64,000 nucleotides of DNA, from the NCBI RefSeq assembly GCF_000006765.1, contig NC_002516.2; one strand, 5' to 3'. Source of the stretch: Pseudomonas aeruginosa PAO1. Lineage in GTDB: Bacteria; Pseudomonadota; Gammaproteobacteria; Pseudomonadales; Pseudomonadaceae. Position 1 is the stretch's first letter. Every line of letters starts with the position of its first letter. This document shows positions 35,247-44,937 of this stretch, piece after piece. The notes under the pieces are model-generated. The model saw only the letters and a list, made by a program, of their open reading frames with translations, was not told the DNA's origin and did no database searches. The position numbers were made by a program, and so were the translations under genes.

Positions 35247-35261
35247 ATGATTTCGCTTCAT
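35247..35261. promoter_or_regulatory. LysR-type palindrome
   Basis: ATGA-N7-TCAT (T-N11-A) between the divergent LysR and SGNH genes. Confidence 0.5.
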
Positions 35262-35344
35262 AAATGATGTTCCCCGCTACGGCCTATTCCCCTTAAATCT
35301 TTGAATTCATCATCAGCTACAGGATAACCACTGAATTCAACGAC

Positions 35345-36673
35345 ATGAAACGACCCATCGAAAGACTTCCCGCCGCGACCTCCAGCGCAACCCGGGCCTT
35401 CGCGCTCACGACGAGCCTGTTGTACGCCTGCGCCGCGCCGGCCGCTTCCTGGACCGCCAGCTGGCAGGCCAGCCCGCAGCCGGTCTGGGCTGAGGACTTC
35501 CTGTTTCCCAGCAACGTGCCGGCCGAACTGCACGACCAGACGGTGCGGCAACTGGCGCGAATCAGCCTGGGAGGAACGCGCGTGCGCATCGTCCTGGCAA
35601 ATACCTATGGAAGGCGCCCGATCCGGATCGGCCGGGCCACCCTGGCCAAACCGGGTTCCGAGCGCGCCGCGGTCGCCACCGGCAGCCTGCATGACGTGAC
35701 CTTTGGCGGACGCCGGACGGCGACCATCGCGCCCGGCGCCACGCTACTCAGCGATCCGGTGGCGATGCCGGTGGCCGCGCTCTCGCAGGTGCTGGTGAGT
35801 CTCTACCTGCCGGCCGCCACGCCCATGGAAACCTTCCACTGGGACGGCCGCCAGACGGGCTGGATCGTCGCCGGCGAGCAGACCCAAAGCCACGCATTGC
35901 AGCTGGACGCGGCGGACAGCCAGAGCACCAGCGCGCGCCTGCTGTTGACAGGTATCCTGGTCGAAACCGAAACGGCAACGCGGACGCTGGTGACGCTCGG
36001 CGACTCGATCACCGACGGAGCCAGCGCCAGCCTCGACCGGAACAGCCGTTGGCCGGACTTCCTCGCCGAACGCCTGGTCCCGCATGGCGTCGCCGTGGTC
36101 AATGCGGGGATTTCCGGCGCCCGTCTGCTGAGCGACGGCATGGGCGCGAGCGCGCTGGCACGTCTGGACCGCGACGTACTGGCCCAGCCAGGCGCAAGCA
36201 GCATGGTGGTGATGCTCGGCATCAACGACATTGCCTGGCCCGGTACCGCTTTCGCCCGGAATGCCGCACCGCCCACCCTGGAAGCGCTGATCGCCGGCTA
36301 CCGGCAATTGATCGAACGGGCGCACAACCGGGGTATCCGGGTCGTCGGCGCGACCCTCACGCCGTTCGAGGGCGCACTGCCCGGCACGCCGTTGAGCGAT
36401 TATTACCATCCCGCCAAGGAAGCCCTGCGCAGGCAGGTTAACGAGTGGATCCGTCATGCCGGCGCCTTCGATGCGGTGATCGACTTCGACGCGGCATTGC
36501 GCGATCCGGAGCAGCCGTCGCGGCTCGCCGCGCGCTACGACTCCGGCGACCATCTGCACCCCAGCGACGAAGGCAACCGGGCGATGGCGGCCGCCGTCGA
36601 CCTCGACGTCCTGCTGGACGAGGTGCCTGACGGCACACCGGCAGAGCCCCGGGCCGATAGCGCAACGAAATGA
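35345..36673 (+). CDS. Exported SGNH/GDSL hydrolase
   Basis: Blocks GDSIT, NAGISG, GIND, DHLHP; N-terminal signal-like segment ending LLYAC. Confidence 0.9.
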   Translation: MKRPIERLPAATSSATRAFALTTSLLYACAAPAASWTASWQASPQPVWAEDFLFPSNVPAELHDQTVRQLARISLGGTRVRIVLANTYGRRPIRIGRATLAKPGSERAAVATGSLHDVTFGGRRTATIAPGATLLSDPVAMPVAALSQVLVSLYLPAATPMETFHWDGRQTGWIVAGEQTQSHALQLDAADSQSTSARLLLTGILVETETATRTLVTLGDSITDGASASLDRNSRWPDFLAERLVPHGVAVVNAGISGARLLSDGMGASALARLDRDVLAQPGASSMVVMLGINDIAWPGTAFARNAAPPTLEALIAGYRQLIERAHNRGIRVVGATLTPFEGALPGTPLSDYYHPAKEALRRQVNEWIRHAGAFDAVIDFDAALRDPEQPSRLAARYDSGDHLHPSDEGNRAMAAAVDLDVLLDEVPDGTPAEPRADSATK

Positions 36674-36700
36674 AAAAAGGCGCCCGAAGGCGCCTTTTTT
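36673..36700. terminator. Bidirectional terminator between the SGNH gene and ibpA
   Basis: AAAAAAGGCGCC-CGAA-GGCGCCTTTTTT. Confidence 0.92.
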
Positions 36701-36716
36701 CGATCACCGCTGACGG

Positions 36717-37166
36717 TTACTGGTTGTCCAGTGCCGGGCGCTGGCCATTGATGGCGATACGCTTCGGCTTGGCTTCTTCCGGAACCAGCCGGACCAGGTC
36801 GATGTTCAGCAGGCCGTTGGCCAGCGAAGCCGCCTTGACCTCGATATGGTCGGCGAGGCGGAACGACAGCTTGAAGGCGCGCTGGGCGATGCCCTGGTGC
36901 AGGTAGGTCACGTTGTCCGTGGACTTCTCGCGCTTGCCGCCACTGACGGTCAGCACGCCGCGCTCGACCTGCAGGTCCAGGTCTTCTTCCTGGAAGCCGG
37001 CGGCGGCGATAACGATGCGATACTCGTCGTCACCGTGCTTTTCGACGTTGTAGGGCGGGTAGGTACTCCCGGCCTCATTACGCAGGGCCGACTCGAACAG
37101 ATCGTTGAAGCGATCGAAGCCTACGGAATGACGGAACAGCGGGGCGAGGGAAAAAGCGTTGCTCAT
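36717..37166 (-). CDS. ibpA: Small heat-shock protein IbpA
   Basis: GFDRF, YPPYNVE, YLHQGIAQRAF, NGLLNI. Confidence 0.96.
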   Translation of the reverse strand: MSNAFSLAPLFRHSVGFDRFNDLFESALRNEAGSTYPPYNVEKHGDDEYRIVIAAAGFQEEDLDLQVERGVLTVSGGKREKSTDNVTYLHQGIAQRAFKLSFRLADHIEVKAASLANGLLNIDLVRLVPEEAKPKRIAINGQRPALDNQ

Positions 37167-37226
37167 TGCGAATCTCCTGAATTATCAGCAAGTACTCTGA
37201 TGCGGAACCCGTCTTCGGCATCCCGC
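37167..37226 (-). promoter_or_regulatory. ROSE-like RNA thermometer in the ibpA 5' UTR
   Basis: CUUGCUGA-UAAU-UCAGGAG hairpin (37192-37174) pairs the U(U/C)GCU motif with the SD, with a bulged G; an upstream GCGGGA..UUCCGC hairpin is present. Confidence 0.85.
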
Positions 37227-37232
37227 ACGAAC

Positions 37233-37261
37233 TAGATAGGGATCGTCGGAAGTATTTCAAG
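37233..37261 (-). promoter_or_regulatory. sigma32 (RpoH) promoter of ibpA
   Basis: CTTGAA-14 bp-CCCTATCTA, vs consensus CTTGAA-N13-14-CCCCATNTA. Confidence 0.85.
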
Positions 37262-37323
37262 AGCCTTGAGAACGACCGTTCGTCGTGCTCAGATCGAAAC
37301 TCATCCTTTCGAGAACCGTCGCC

Positions 37324-38127
37324 ATGGAACGCGCAATCCCGACCTTCCCCTGCCGCGATCTGGACAGCGCCAGCGCCTTCTACCAGTCCCTCGGCTTCCA
37401 CCTTGGCGCTCGCTATCCGACCTACGCCATCCTCCAGCGCGGCGCCCTGGAGCTGCACCTGTCGCTGTTCGAAGCGCTCGAACCGAAGACCAATTGCAGC
37501 GCTGCCTACCTGCGCCTGGAGGACGCCCAGGCGCTGCATCGCCAGGCCGCGGCCCTCGGCCTGGGCAGTCAGGGGATTCCACGCATCACGGCCCTGGAAG
37601 ACCAACCCTGGGGCATGCGCGAATTCGCCCTGGTCGATCCCGACGGCAACCTGCTGCGGGTCGGCCAGGAGCTCGATGCGACGCCAGAGCAACACCGGGT
37701 TCGCCTGGCCAGCGCCGACGACGTCCCCGCGGTGGCCGCCCTCTGGCAAGCCAATGTCCGCGAAGCCGGAGAAACCCTGGATGCCGGCGACCAGCAGGCG
37801 ATCCAGGCACTGCTCCTGGCCGCCTCGCGCAACCGCTTGCTCTGGCTGGCGGAGGCCCAGCAGCATCCCCGCGGTTTCGTCCTCGCCCACCTGTGGCAGA
37901 TCGAGGACGGTCAGGCACGGGTGGGAGAGATCGCAGAGCTCTACGTACTGCCGCAGGCCCGCCGCCAGGGCCTGGCCCGGGAACTGGTGGGCAGTGCCGA
38001 GGAGGCCCTGCGCTCGCGCGGCGCCGGCCTGATCCGCGCGCAATCGGCCCTTGACGCGCCGCTGTCCAACCTGTTCTGGCAGGGCCTGGGCTGGGACGCC
38101 GACTACCTGACCTTCACTCGCTACTGA
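37324..38127 (+). CDS. Fusion of VOC/bleomycin-resistance-like domain and GNAT acetyltransferase
   Basis: N-terminal AIPTFPCRDL..FYQSLGF..DQPWGMREFALVDPDGNLLRVGQ; C-terminal ELYVLPQARRQGLARELV. Confidence 0.85.
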   Translation: MERAIPTFPCRDLDSASAFYQSLGFHLGARYPTYAILQRGALELHLSLFEALEPKTNCSAAYLRLEDAQALHRQAAALGLGSQGIPRITALEDQPWGMREFALVDPDGNLLRVGQELDATPEQHRVRLASADDVPAVAALWQANVREAGETLDAGDQQAIQALLLAASRNRLLWLAEAQQHPRGFVLAHLWQIEDGQARVGEIAELYVLPQARRQGLARELVGSAEEALRSRGAGLIRAQSALDAPLSNLFWQGLGWDADYLTFTRY

Positions 38128-38143
38128 CCTGGGGAGCATCATC

Positions 38144-38890
38144 ATGCGCAACGTCATGCTGATCACCGGAGCCAGCCGCGGCATCGGCGCCGCCACCGCT
38201 CTGCTCGCCGCCGAACGCGGCTATGCGGTCGTCCTCAACTATCTGCGCAACCGCGAGGCCGCCGAAGCGCTGCGCCAGCGCATCGAGCGCCAGGGCGGCG
38301 AAGCCCTGGCGGTGGCGGCCGACGTAGCCGAGGAAGGCGATGTCGAGCGGCTGTTCGCCTCCATCGACGAACGTTTCGGCCGCCTCGACGTGCTGGTCAA
38401 CAACGCCGGCATGCTGGAAGCGCAGACGCGCCTGGAAAACATCGACGCGGCGCGCCTGCACAGGGTATTCGCGACCAACGTGACCGGCAGCTTCCTCTGC
38501 GCCCGCGAGGCGGTGAAGCGCCTGTCGACCCGCCACGGCGGGCGCGGCGGCAGCATCGTCAACGTGTCCTCGATGGCCTCGCGGCTGGGATCGCCCAACG
38601 AATACATCGACTATGCCGCCGCCAAGGGCGCCATCGACAGCATGACCATCGGTCTGGCCAGGGAAGTGGCGGCGGAGGGTATCCGGGTCAACGCGGTGCG
38701 GCCCGGACTGATCGATACCGAGATCCACGCCAGCGGCGGCGAGCCCGGCCGTATCGAACGCCTGAAGGGCGGCATACCGCTAGGACGCGGCGGTACGGCG
38801 GAGGAAGTCGCGCGGGCGATTCTCTGGCTGGCGTCGGACGAAGCCAGCTACAGCACCGGCACCTTCATCGATGTCAGCGGCGGCCGCTAG
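38144..38890 (+). CDS. Short-chain dehydrogenase/reductase
   Basis: TGASRGIG, NNAG, YAAAK. Confidence 0.93.
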   Translation: MRNVMLITGASRGIGAATALLAAERGYAVVLNYLRNREAAEALRQRIERQGGEALAVAADVAEEGDVERLFASIDERFGRLDVLVNNAGMLEAQTRLENIDAARLHRVFATNVTGSFLCAREAVKRLSTRHGGRGGSIVNVSSMASRLGSPNEYIDYAAAKGAIDSMTIGLAREVAAEGIRVNAVRPGLIDTEIHASGGEPGRIERLKGGIPLGRGGTAEEVARAILWLASDEASYSTGTFIDVSGGR

Positions 38891-38904
38891 GCCTGGTACG
38901 CAAG

Positions 38905-39864
38905 CTAGGCCGCCTGGCTGAACGACACCTGCAACAGCCGGTCGATGGTTTCGCAATCGCTTTCCCGGCGAATCCGTGCGAACAGCTCGACGGCTTCGGG
39001 ATAGGTGCGGGTGAGCATGCCCAGCCACTGCTTGAGACGGCCCGGGGCATAGCGCGGGGCGAGCTTGCGCCGGGCCTGCAGCCAGAAGTCGCGCAGCAGC
39101 GGCAACAGCTCGCTCCAGGGCATCTCGCGGATTTCGCCGCCATCGCGCCAGGCGGCGATCTGCCGAGCCAGGCCAGGACGCGAGACCAGGCCGCGACCGA
39201 GCATGATGTCCTCCACCCCGCTGACCTCGCGACAACGCAGGTAGTCGTCGAGCGTCCACACTTCGCCATTGGCGAACACCGGCACGCGCACCGCCTCGGC
39301 CACCCGCGCCACCCACTCCCAGTGCGCCGGCGGCCTGTAGCCATCGACCTTGGTCCGGGCATGCACCACTACATGGGCCGAGCCGCCGTCGGCCAGGGCC
39401 CGCGCGCAATCCAGGGCGCCGTCGGGACTGTCGTAGCCCAGGCGCATCTTCGAGGTCACCGCAATCTCGCTCGGCACCGCGCGACGCACGGCGGCGACGA
39501 TGTCGTGCATCAGCTCCGGCTCCTTGAGCAATACCGCGCCGCCGCGCGAGCGGTTCACGGTCTTGGCCGGACAACCGAAGTTCAGGTCGATCACCGGGGC
39601 ACCCAGCTCACAGGCGAACGCGGCGTTATCCGCCAGGCACGCAGGATCGGAGCCGAGCAACTGCACACGCATCGGCGTCCCGGCGCGGGTCCGGCTGCCG
39701 TCGCGCAGCTCCGGCGCCAGCTTGTGGAACGCCGTGGCCGGCAGTAGGCGATCGGTGATGCGGATGAATTCGGTGACGCACCAATCGATGCCGCCGACGC
39801 GGGTCAGCACGTCGCGGAGGATTTCATCCACCAGACCTTCCATCGGCGCCAGGGCGATTTGCAC
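38905..39864 (-). CDS. dusC: tRNA-dihydrouridine synthase, DusC/YohI type
   Basis: LAPMEG, NFGCP, HART, ANGE, MLGRG; GTG start. Confidence 0.88.
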
Positions 39865-39956
39865 GAACCACTACCTCGAAAATGACAGGCGGCGGATTCT
39901 AGAGAATCCGCCGCCCGGAACAAAGTGCGAATGCCTGCCGGTCGACGCGCGACGGG

Positions 39957-40394
39957 TCAGGCCCCGGCGAGCAGAGCCTGGCCGTAGCCGTCGATGAACT
40001 CCGCCGGCATCCGCTTCGGCTTGCCGCTGGACAGTTCGATGCAGACGAAGGTGGTCTGCGCCCGCAGCAGCGTGGCGCCATCCGCCGGGCGTACCAACTG
40101 GAAGCGCCGGTTCATCCGCAGGCGCTGGTCGGACTCGACGATCCAGGTCGCCAATTGCAGTTCGTCGCCCTCGTAGGCCGCGGCCAGGTAGTCGATCTCG
40201 TGGCGCAGCACCGCCATCGCCCGGTCCAGCCGGCGGTACTCGGCCAGGTCCAGGCCCAGCCGCTGCGAGTGGCGCCAGGCGCAGCGCTCCAGCCAACTGA
40301 CGTAGACGGCGTTGTTCGCGTGGCCGAGCCCGTCGATGTCCTCGGCGAGGACCCTGAGGTCGATCACGAACGGATCGGCGTAGTCCCAATTCAT
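39957..40394 (-). CDS. 4HBT/YbgC-like acyl-CoA thioesterase
   Basis: 145 aa from MNWDY; DIDGLGHANNAVY hotdog motif. Confidence 0.9.
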   Translation of the reverse strand: MNWDYADPFVIDLRVLAEDIDGLGHANNAVYVSWLERCAWRHSQRLGLDLAEYRRLDRAMAVLRHEIDYLAAAYEGDELQLATWIVESDQRLRMNRRFQLVRPADGATLLRAQTTFVCIELSSGKPKRMPAEFIDGYGQALLAGA

Positions 40395-41047
40395 CAATGC
40401 TGCTCCAGGCTGCCGGCCAGTTCGCGCGCTTCCCTGGCCAGTTGTGTGATCTGATCCCAGGCCCGCGCCCGGATCAGGCTCGGCGGCGCCAACCAGGTGC
40501 CGCCGACACAGGCGACATTGGGCAGGCGGAGGAAATTCAGCAGGTTGTCCAGGTTCACCCCGCCGGTCGGGCAGAAGCGGATGCCGGTGAACGGCCCCTT
40601 CAGGCTTTTCAGCATTTTCACGCTGGCAGTGCCATCGGCCGGGAACAGCTTCAGCGAGCGATAACCGTACTCCAGCGCCAGCAACACTTCCGAAGGCGTC
40701 ATCACCCCGGGTAGGTATGGCAAGCCGGCATCCTCCGCGGCGGCGGCAAGACGCGGCGTGCATCCGGGGCTGACGGCGAACTGTGCGCCTGCGTCGCGCG
40801 CCTCGAGAAACTGCTCGGTGTGGATCAGGGTACCCGCCCCCAGCAGGACCTCGGGCACCTCGCGATGGATGGCGGCGATCGCGTCCAGCGCCTGCGGCGT
40901 GCGCAGCGTCACTTCCAGCACCGTGACGCCGCCCGCATACAACGCGCGCGCCAGGTCGGGCGCCAGCGCCACGTCCTCGATCACCAGCACCGGCAATACC
41001 GGGCTGGCCTGCTGCAGGACCCGATCCAGCGGCAATGTCATGGGCAC
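40394..41047 (-). CDS. KDPG/KHG aldolase (Eda family), orphan copy
   Basis: LEVTLR, GAGT, FAVSPG, PGVMTPSE, Schiff-base LKLFPA, FCPTGG. Confidence 0.92.
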   Translation of the reverse strand: MPMTLPLDRVLQQASPVLPVLVIEDVALAPDLARALYAGGVTVLEVTLRTPQALDAIAAIHREVPEVLLGAGTLIHTEQFLEARDAGAQFAVSPGCTPRLAAAAEDAGLPYLPGVMTPSEVLLALEYGYRSLKLFPADGTASVKMLKSLKGPFTGIRFCPTGGVNLDNLLNFLRLPNVACVGGTWLAPPSLIRARAWDQITQLAREARELAGSLEQH

Positions 41048-41153
41048 TCCTCGATTCGAAACGGTTCGCCCCGCCGGATCGCTCCGCGCGGGCCACAGCG
41101 CTTTTTACCGAAGAACCGAGGTCAGGACAACGACAACCCCTCTGCTACGCGCC

Positions 41154-42011
41154 TCAGGAAGCGCTCGCCGTCTTTTCCACGCGCCGGCAAGCGCGCATCG
41201 CCGGGCGCTCCTCGAGCAGCGCCAGCAGCGACTCGCTCAGCCTGCGCTCGCCGAGCAGTCGGTGGTGGCCGCCGCCCGGCAGACGCAGCAAGCGACTGGC
41301 CGGCCAGGCGGCATGGATGCGCTCGGCATTTTCCACCGCTACGCGCGTGTCGTCGTCGGCATGCACCACCAGCCCGGGCATTTCCAGACGGTAGCGCGCC
41401 ACATCCAGGCACGCCGCGGATATGCCAGCCTGACGCTCGACCAGGCGGATGAAATGCGAGCGAGCCAGGGCCGGCAAACCGACGAAACGAGCGAACAGGC
41501 GCAACTGTTCGAGAATCCGCGACGGCGCCGAGACCGTCACCAGCGCTTCGCTGCGCAGCCCCATCTGGGCCGCCAGCAACGCCGCCGCGCCACCCAGGGA
41601 ATGACCGACCACCGCACGCAGCGGCGGCAACTCGCCAGCGGCCTCCAGCAAGGCATGGGCGAACAGCACCACGTTCGCCTCCCTGCCCGGCGAGCGGCCA
41701 TGGGCCGGCGCATCGAGGGCATACACCGAATAACCCGCGCCGACCAGTTGCTCGATCAGATGGGCGAACTGTGTCGGCCTGCCGGCCCAGCCATGCAGCA
41801 GCAGGACTGCCGGCCCCTCGCCCCAGCGCAACACCGACAGCCCGAAGCGCAGAGTGACGCGCTCCGAACTGGCCAGCAGCGGCAGCTCCCAATCCTTCGG
41901 CGGCCACTCTCCAGGCACCATGAACGTCCGACGCATACGCTCGGCCGTCCAACGCGGCGCGATGCGGCCGATCGTCCCGTTGAAACCGCGAATCCAGGTC
42001 AGGCTGCTCAT
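41154..42011 (-). CDS. Alpha/beta-fold hydrolase
   Basis: 285 aa from MSSLTW; LLHGW, DAPAHG, GHSLGG, HADDD, GGH. Confidence 0.9.
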   Translation of the reverse strand: MSSLTWIRGFNGTIGRIAPRWTAERMRRTFMVPGEWPPKDWELPLLASSERVTLRFGLSVLRWGEGPAVLLLHGWAGRPTQFAHLIEQLVGAGYSVYALDAPAHGRSPGREANVVLFAHALLEAAGELPPLRAVVGHSLGGAAALLAAQMGLRSEALVTVSAPSRILEQLRLFARFVGLPALARSHFIRLVERQAGISAACLDVARYRLEMPGLVVHADDDTRVAVENAERIHAAWPASRLLRLPGGGHHRLLGERRLSESLLALLEERPAMRACRRVEKTASAS

Positions 42012-42022
42012 CTCGCACCTCC

Positions 42023-42565
42023 TCAGTTCACCGCCTGCTTGGCGGCACGCAGAACCCGGTCGGACAGCTCCCCCGGCCCCAATGCCCGGGCCAGCGCCAA
42101 ACCGCCAATCATCAACACCAGGTCGGCCAGGGCGACGTCGGTTTCCTCGGGACTTTCCGCCAGGCTGGTGACCATGATCTCGACATGTCTGCTCAAGACC
42201 TCGCGAAACCCCTCCGGCAGGCGCGCCACCTCGGCTAGGGTCGCCGGCAGCGGACAACCGGCGTCGACCTGTGCGTCCCGATGCTTGCGCGACAGGTAGA
42301 AGGCGGCCGCCAAGGCACGACGCTCCTTTCCCGACAATCCGGGATCGAGTTCGCCGAGCAGTTCGCGGCGCTTGCCGAGCAATTGCTCGAACGCCTCGAG
42401 CATCAGCGCATCCTTGCTCTGGAAGTGGGCATAGAAGCCGCCGACGGTGAGCCCCGCCGCGCCCATCACTTCCCCGACGCTAGGTTCGACGGCGCCCCGC
42501 TCGAGCAGGGCCTGGGTGGCGGCACCGAGGATGCGGGCACGGGTCTGGGTTTTCTTGTCGCTCAT
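42023..42565 (-). CDS. TetR-family regulator (I recall this locus being called SawR; unverified)
   Basis: RARILGAA...SVGEVMGAAGLTVGGFYAHFQSKD. Confidence 0.93.
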   Translation of the reverse strand: MSDKKTQTRARILGAATQALLERGAVEPSVGEVMGAAGLTVGGFYAHFQSKDALMLEAFEQLLGKRRELLGELDPGLSGKERRALAAAFYLSRKHRDAQVDAGCPLPATLAEVARLPEGFREVLSRHVEIMVTSLAESPEETDVALADLVLMIGGLALARALGPGELSDRVLRAAKQAVN

Positions 42566-42577
42566 GACGATCTCCGA

Positions 42578-42610
42578 AAATATTATGGATGAAATATTAT
42601 ATGCATAATA
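42578..42610. promoter_or_regulatory. Candidate TetR operator(s)
   Basis: TATTAT-N4-ATAATA (42595-42610) and degenerate TATTAT-N4-GAAATA (42581-42596), just upstream of the TetR ATG. Confidence 0.5.
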
Positions 42611-42660
42611 AAAATCGGCAAGCGTACGGCCGGGCCGTCTGTCAGGAAATTCGAAAAGGG

Positions 42661-42697
42661 AAAAAACAAAAGGGCCATTCCAATTCGGAATGGCCCT
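42661..42697 (-). terminator. Terminator of the tRNA Ala-Glu-Ala-Glu transcript
   Basis: AGGGCCATTCC-5 nt-GGAATGGCCCT, 11-bp stem plus U-rich tail on the minus strand. Confidence 0.88.
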
Positions 42698-42723
42698 ATA
42701 GAGCCCCGCAGAGCGGGAAAAAG

Positions 42724-42799
42724 TGGCGTCCCCTAGGGGACTCGAACCCCTGTTACCGCCGTGAAAGGGCGGTGTCCTAGGCCACTAGACGAAGGGGAC
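42724..42799 (-). tRNA. tRNA-Glu(TTC)
   Basis: 76 nt GTCCCCT...GGGGACGCCA, anticodon loop CTTTCAC. Confidence 0.97.
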
Positions 42800-42845
42800 A
42801 ATGAAACCTTCGAAAAGTAAGGCCAGCGATGCTGGCCTTGGAATG

Positions 42846-42921
<76 letters not shown>

Positions 42922-43014
42922 GAATTCGCCATCAGGCGGGCGATCTTCCGATCGCTTCGACAACCTTCCGGTCGTCGACACGTTCATCCATTGCTGGGAC
43001 GGATGAACATGAAG

Positions 43015-43090
43015 TGGCGTCCCCTAGGGGACTCGAACCCCTGTTACCGCCGTGAAAGGGCGGTGTCCTAGGCCACTAGACGAAGGGGAC
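43015..43090 (-). tRNA. tRNA-Glu(TTC), second copy
   Basis: Identical to 42724-42799. Confidence 0.97.
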
Positions 43091-43138
43091 GAAACCTTCG
43101 TAGGAATCCGCAAAACCAACCGCGTATTCCCGGCAATT

Positions 43139-43214
<76 letters not shown>

Positions 43215-43267
43215 AAAGTACCGCTGGATCGCTTCACTTCGTTGAGTTCGTCGTGAAGACGGGGCGC

Positions 43268-43296
43268 ATACTAAGGGCGAGGCTTGAGGCTGTCAA
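43268..43296 (-). promoter_or_regulatory. Stable-RNA sigma70 promoter for the tRNA Ala-Glu cluster
   Basis: TTGACA-17 bp-TAGTAT followed by GCGCCCC discriminator. Confidence 0.88.
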
Positions 43297-43360
43297 CATT
43301 ATTTTTCATCGAAACCTAAAAAATTTTACCGGAAGAACAATCACTTACCTCCCCTCCCCC

Positions 43361-43392
43361 AAAAACGAGGCCCGCAACTGGGCGGGCCTCGT
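43361..43392 (-). terminator. gltX terminator
   Basis: ACGAGGCCCGC-6 nt-GCGGGCCTCGT plus TTTT on the minus strand. Confidence 0.88.
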
Positions 43393-43415
43393 CATCGACT
43401 GTGGGAGAAAGCCGG

Positions 43416-44900
43416 TCAGCCGGGAATGGCGTCGCGGATCTTCTCCCACTCCTTGGTTTCCTTTTTCGACGCCCCGCCCAGCAGCTCCAGGGCCTGGCGC
43501 AAGCGATAACGCGACAGGTCGGCGCCAAGGATCTCCATGGCGTCCAGCACCGAAACCGAGCTGGCATGCCCGGTGATGGCCGGGAACATCAGCGGCATCA
43601 CGTCGCGCAGCTTGAGCTGGAGGTGTTCGGCGACAGCCTGGATGCAGCCGGTGATGCGTTCCTTCTCCCACTGGCGCAGGGATTCGAGTTTCCACAGCAC
43701 CAGTTGCAGGACCTGGCGGACCTGGGTCGGATCGAGCTTCTTGTGTTCGAACAGCGAAGCGTCCAGCGGCACCCCGCCGCTGAAGAAGAATCCGGCCAGC
43801 GGCGCGATCTGGCTGAAGTTCTCCACCCGTCCCTGCACGTGCGGAGCGATCTTCATCAGGTATTCGGGATTCAACGCCCACTTCTGCACCTCACGGGCGA
43901 ACTCCTCCACGGACTGCTCGCGGATCCACTGCCCGTTCAGCCAGGAGAGCTTCTCCAGGTCGAAGATCGGTCCGCCCAGGGAGACGCGCGACAGGTCGAA
44001 ATGCTCGATCATCTCGGCGAGGGTGAATTTCTCGCGCTCGTCCGGCATCGACCAGCCCATCCGCCCGAGGTAGTTGAGCAGCGCCTGCGGCAGGTAGCCC
44101 ATGCGCTCGTAGAAGGTGATAGAGGTCGGGTTCTTGCGCTTGGACAGCTTGCTCTTGTCCGGGTTGCGCAGCAGTGGCATGTAGCACAGCTGCGGCTGCT
44201 CCCAGCCGAAATACTCGTAGAGCTTGATCAGCTTGGGCGCCGACGGCAGCCACTCTTCGCCGCGCAGGACGTGGGTGATGCCCATCAGGTGGTCGTCGAC
44301 CACGTTGGCGAGGAAGTAGGTGGGCAGGCCGTCGGCCTTCATCAGCACCTGCATGTCCATGCGATCCCACGGAATCTCGACATCGCCGCGGAGCATGTCC
44401 GGCACCACGCAGACGCCCTCGGTCGGCACCTTCATGCGGGTGACGTGGGACTCGCCGGCGGCGAGGCGGCGCTGCACCTCATCCTTCGGCAGGTGCATGC
44501 AGTGGCCGTCGTAGCGCGGGGTTTCCTTACGCGCCATCTGCTCGGCGCGAACCGCATCGAGGCGCTCGGGCGTGCAGAAGCAGGTGAAGGCATGGCCCTT
44601 CTCGACCAGTTCGTCCGAATACTTCTTGTAGATATGCCCGCGCTCGCTCTGCCGGTACGGGCCATGCGGGCCGCCGACGTCCGGGCCCTCGTCCCATTCG
44701 ATGCCGAGCCAGCGCAGGGCGTCGTAGATCTGCTGCTCGGACTCCCGCGTCGAACGCAGCTGGTCGGTGTCCTCGATGCGCAGGATGAACTGACCGCCGT
44801 GCTGACGCGCGAAGCACAGGTTGAACAGCGCGATGTATGCGGTACCGACGTGCGGGTCGCCCGTCGGCGACGGGGCGATGCGAGTACGAACAGTGGTCAT
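43416..44900 (-). CDS. gltX: Glutamyl-tRNA synthetase
   Basis: [10 protein letters not shown] (HIGH), RIEDTD, KLSKR (KMSKS). Confidence 0.98.
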   Translation of the reverse strand: MTTVRTRIAPSPTGDPHVGTAYIALFNLCFARQHGGQFILRIEDTDQLRSTRESEQQIYDALRWLGIEWDEGPDVGGPHGPYRQSERGHIYKKYSDELVEKGHAFTCFCTPERLDAVRAEQMARKETPRYDGHCMHLPKDEVQRRLAAGESHVTRMKVPTEGVCVVPDMLRGDVEIPWDRMDMQVLMKADGLPTYFLANVVDDHLMGITHVLRGEEWLPSAPKLIKLYEYFGWEQPQLCYMPLLRNPDKSKLSKRKNPTSITFYERMGYLPQALLNYLGRMGWSMPDEREKFTLAEMIEHFDLSRVSLGGPIFDLEKLSWLNGQWIREQSVEEFAREVQKWALNPEYLMKIAPHVQGRVENFSQIAPLAGFFFSGGVPLDASLFEHKKLDPTQVRQVLQLVLWKLESLRQWEKERITGCIQAVAEHLQLKLRDVMPLMFPAITGHASSVSVLDAMEILGADLSRYRLRQALELLGGASKKETKEWEKIRDAIPG

Positions 44901-44937
44901 GGAGACTCTCTTGCCAAGCGGAAGTTAAAACGGAAAT

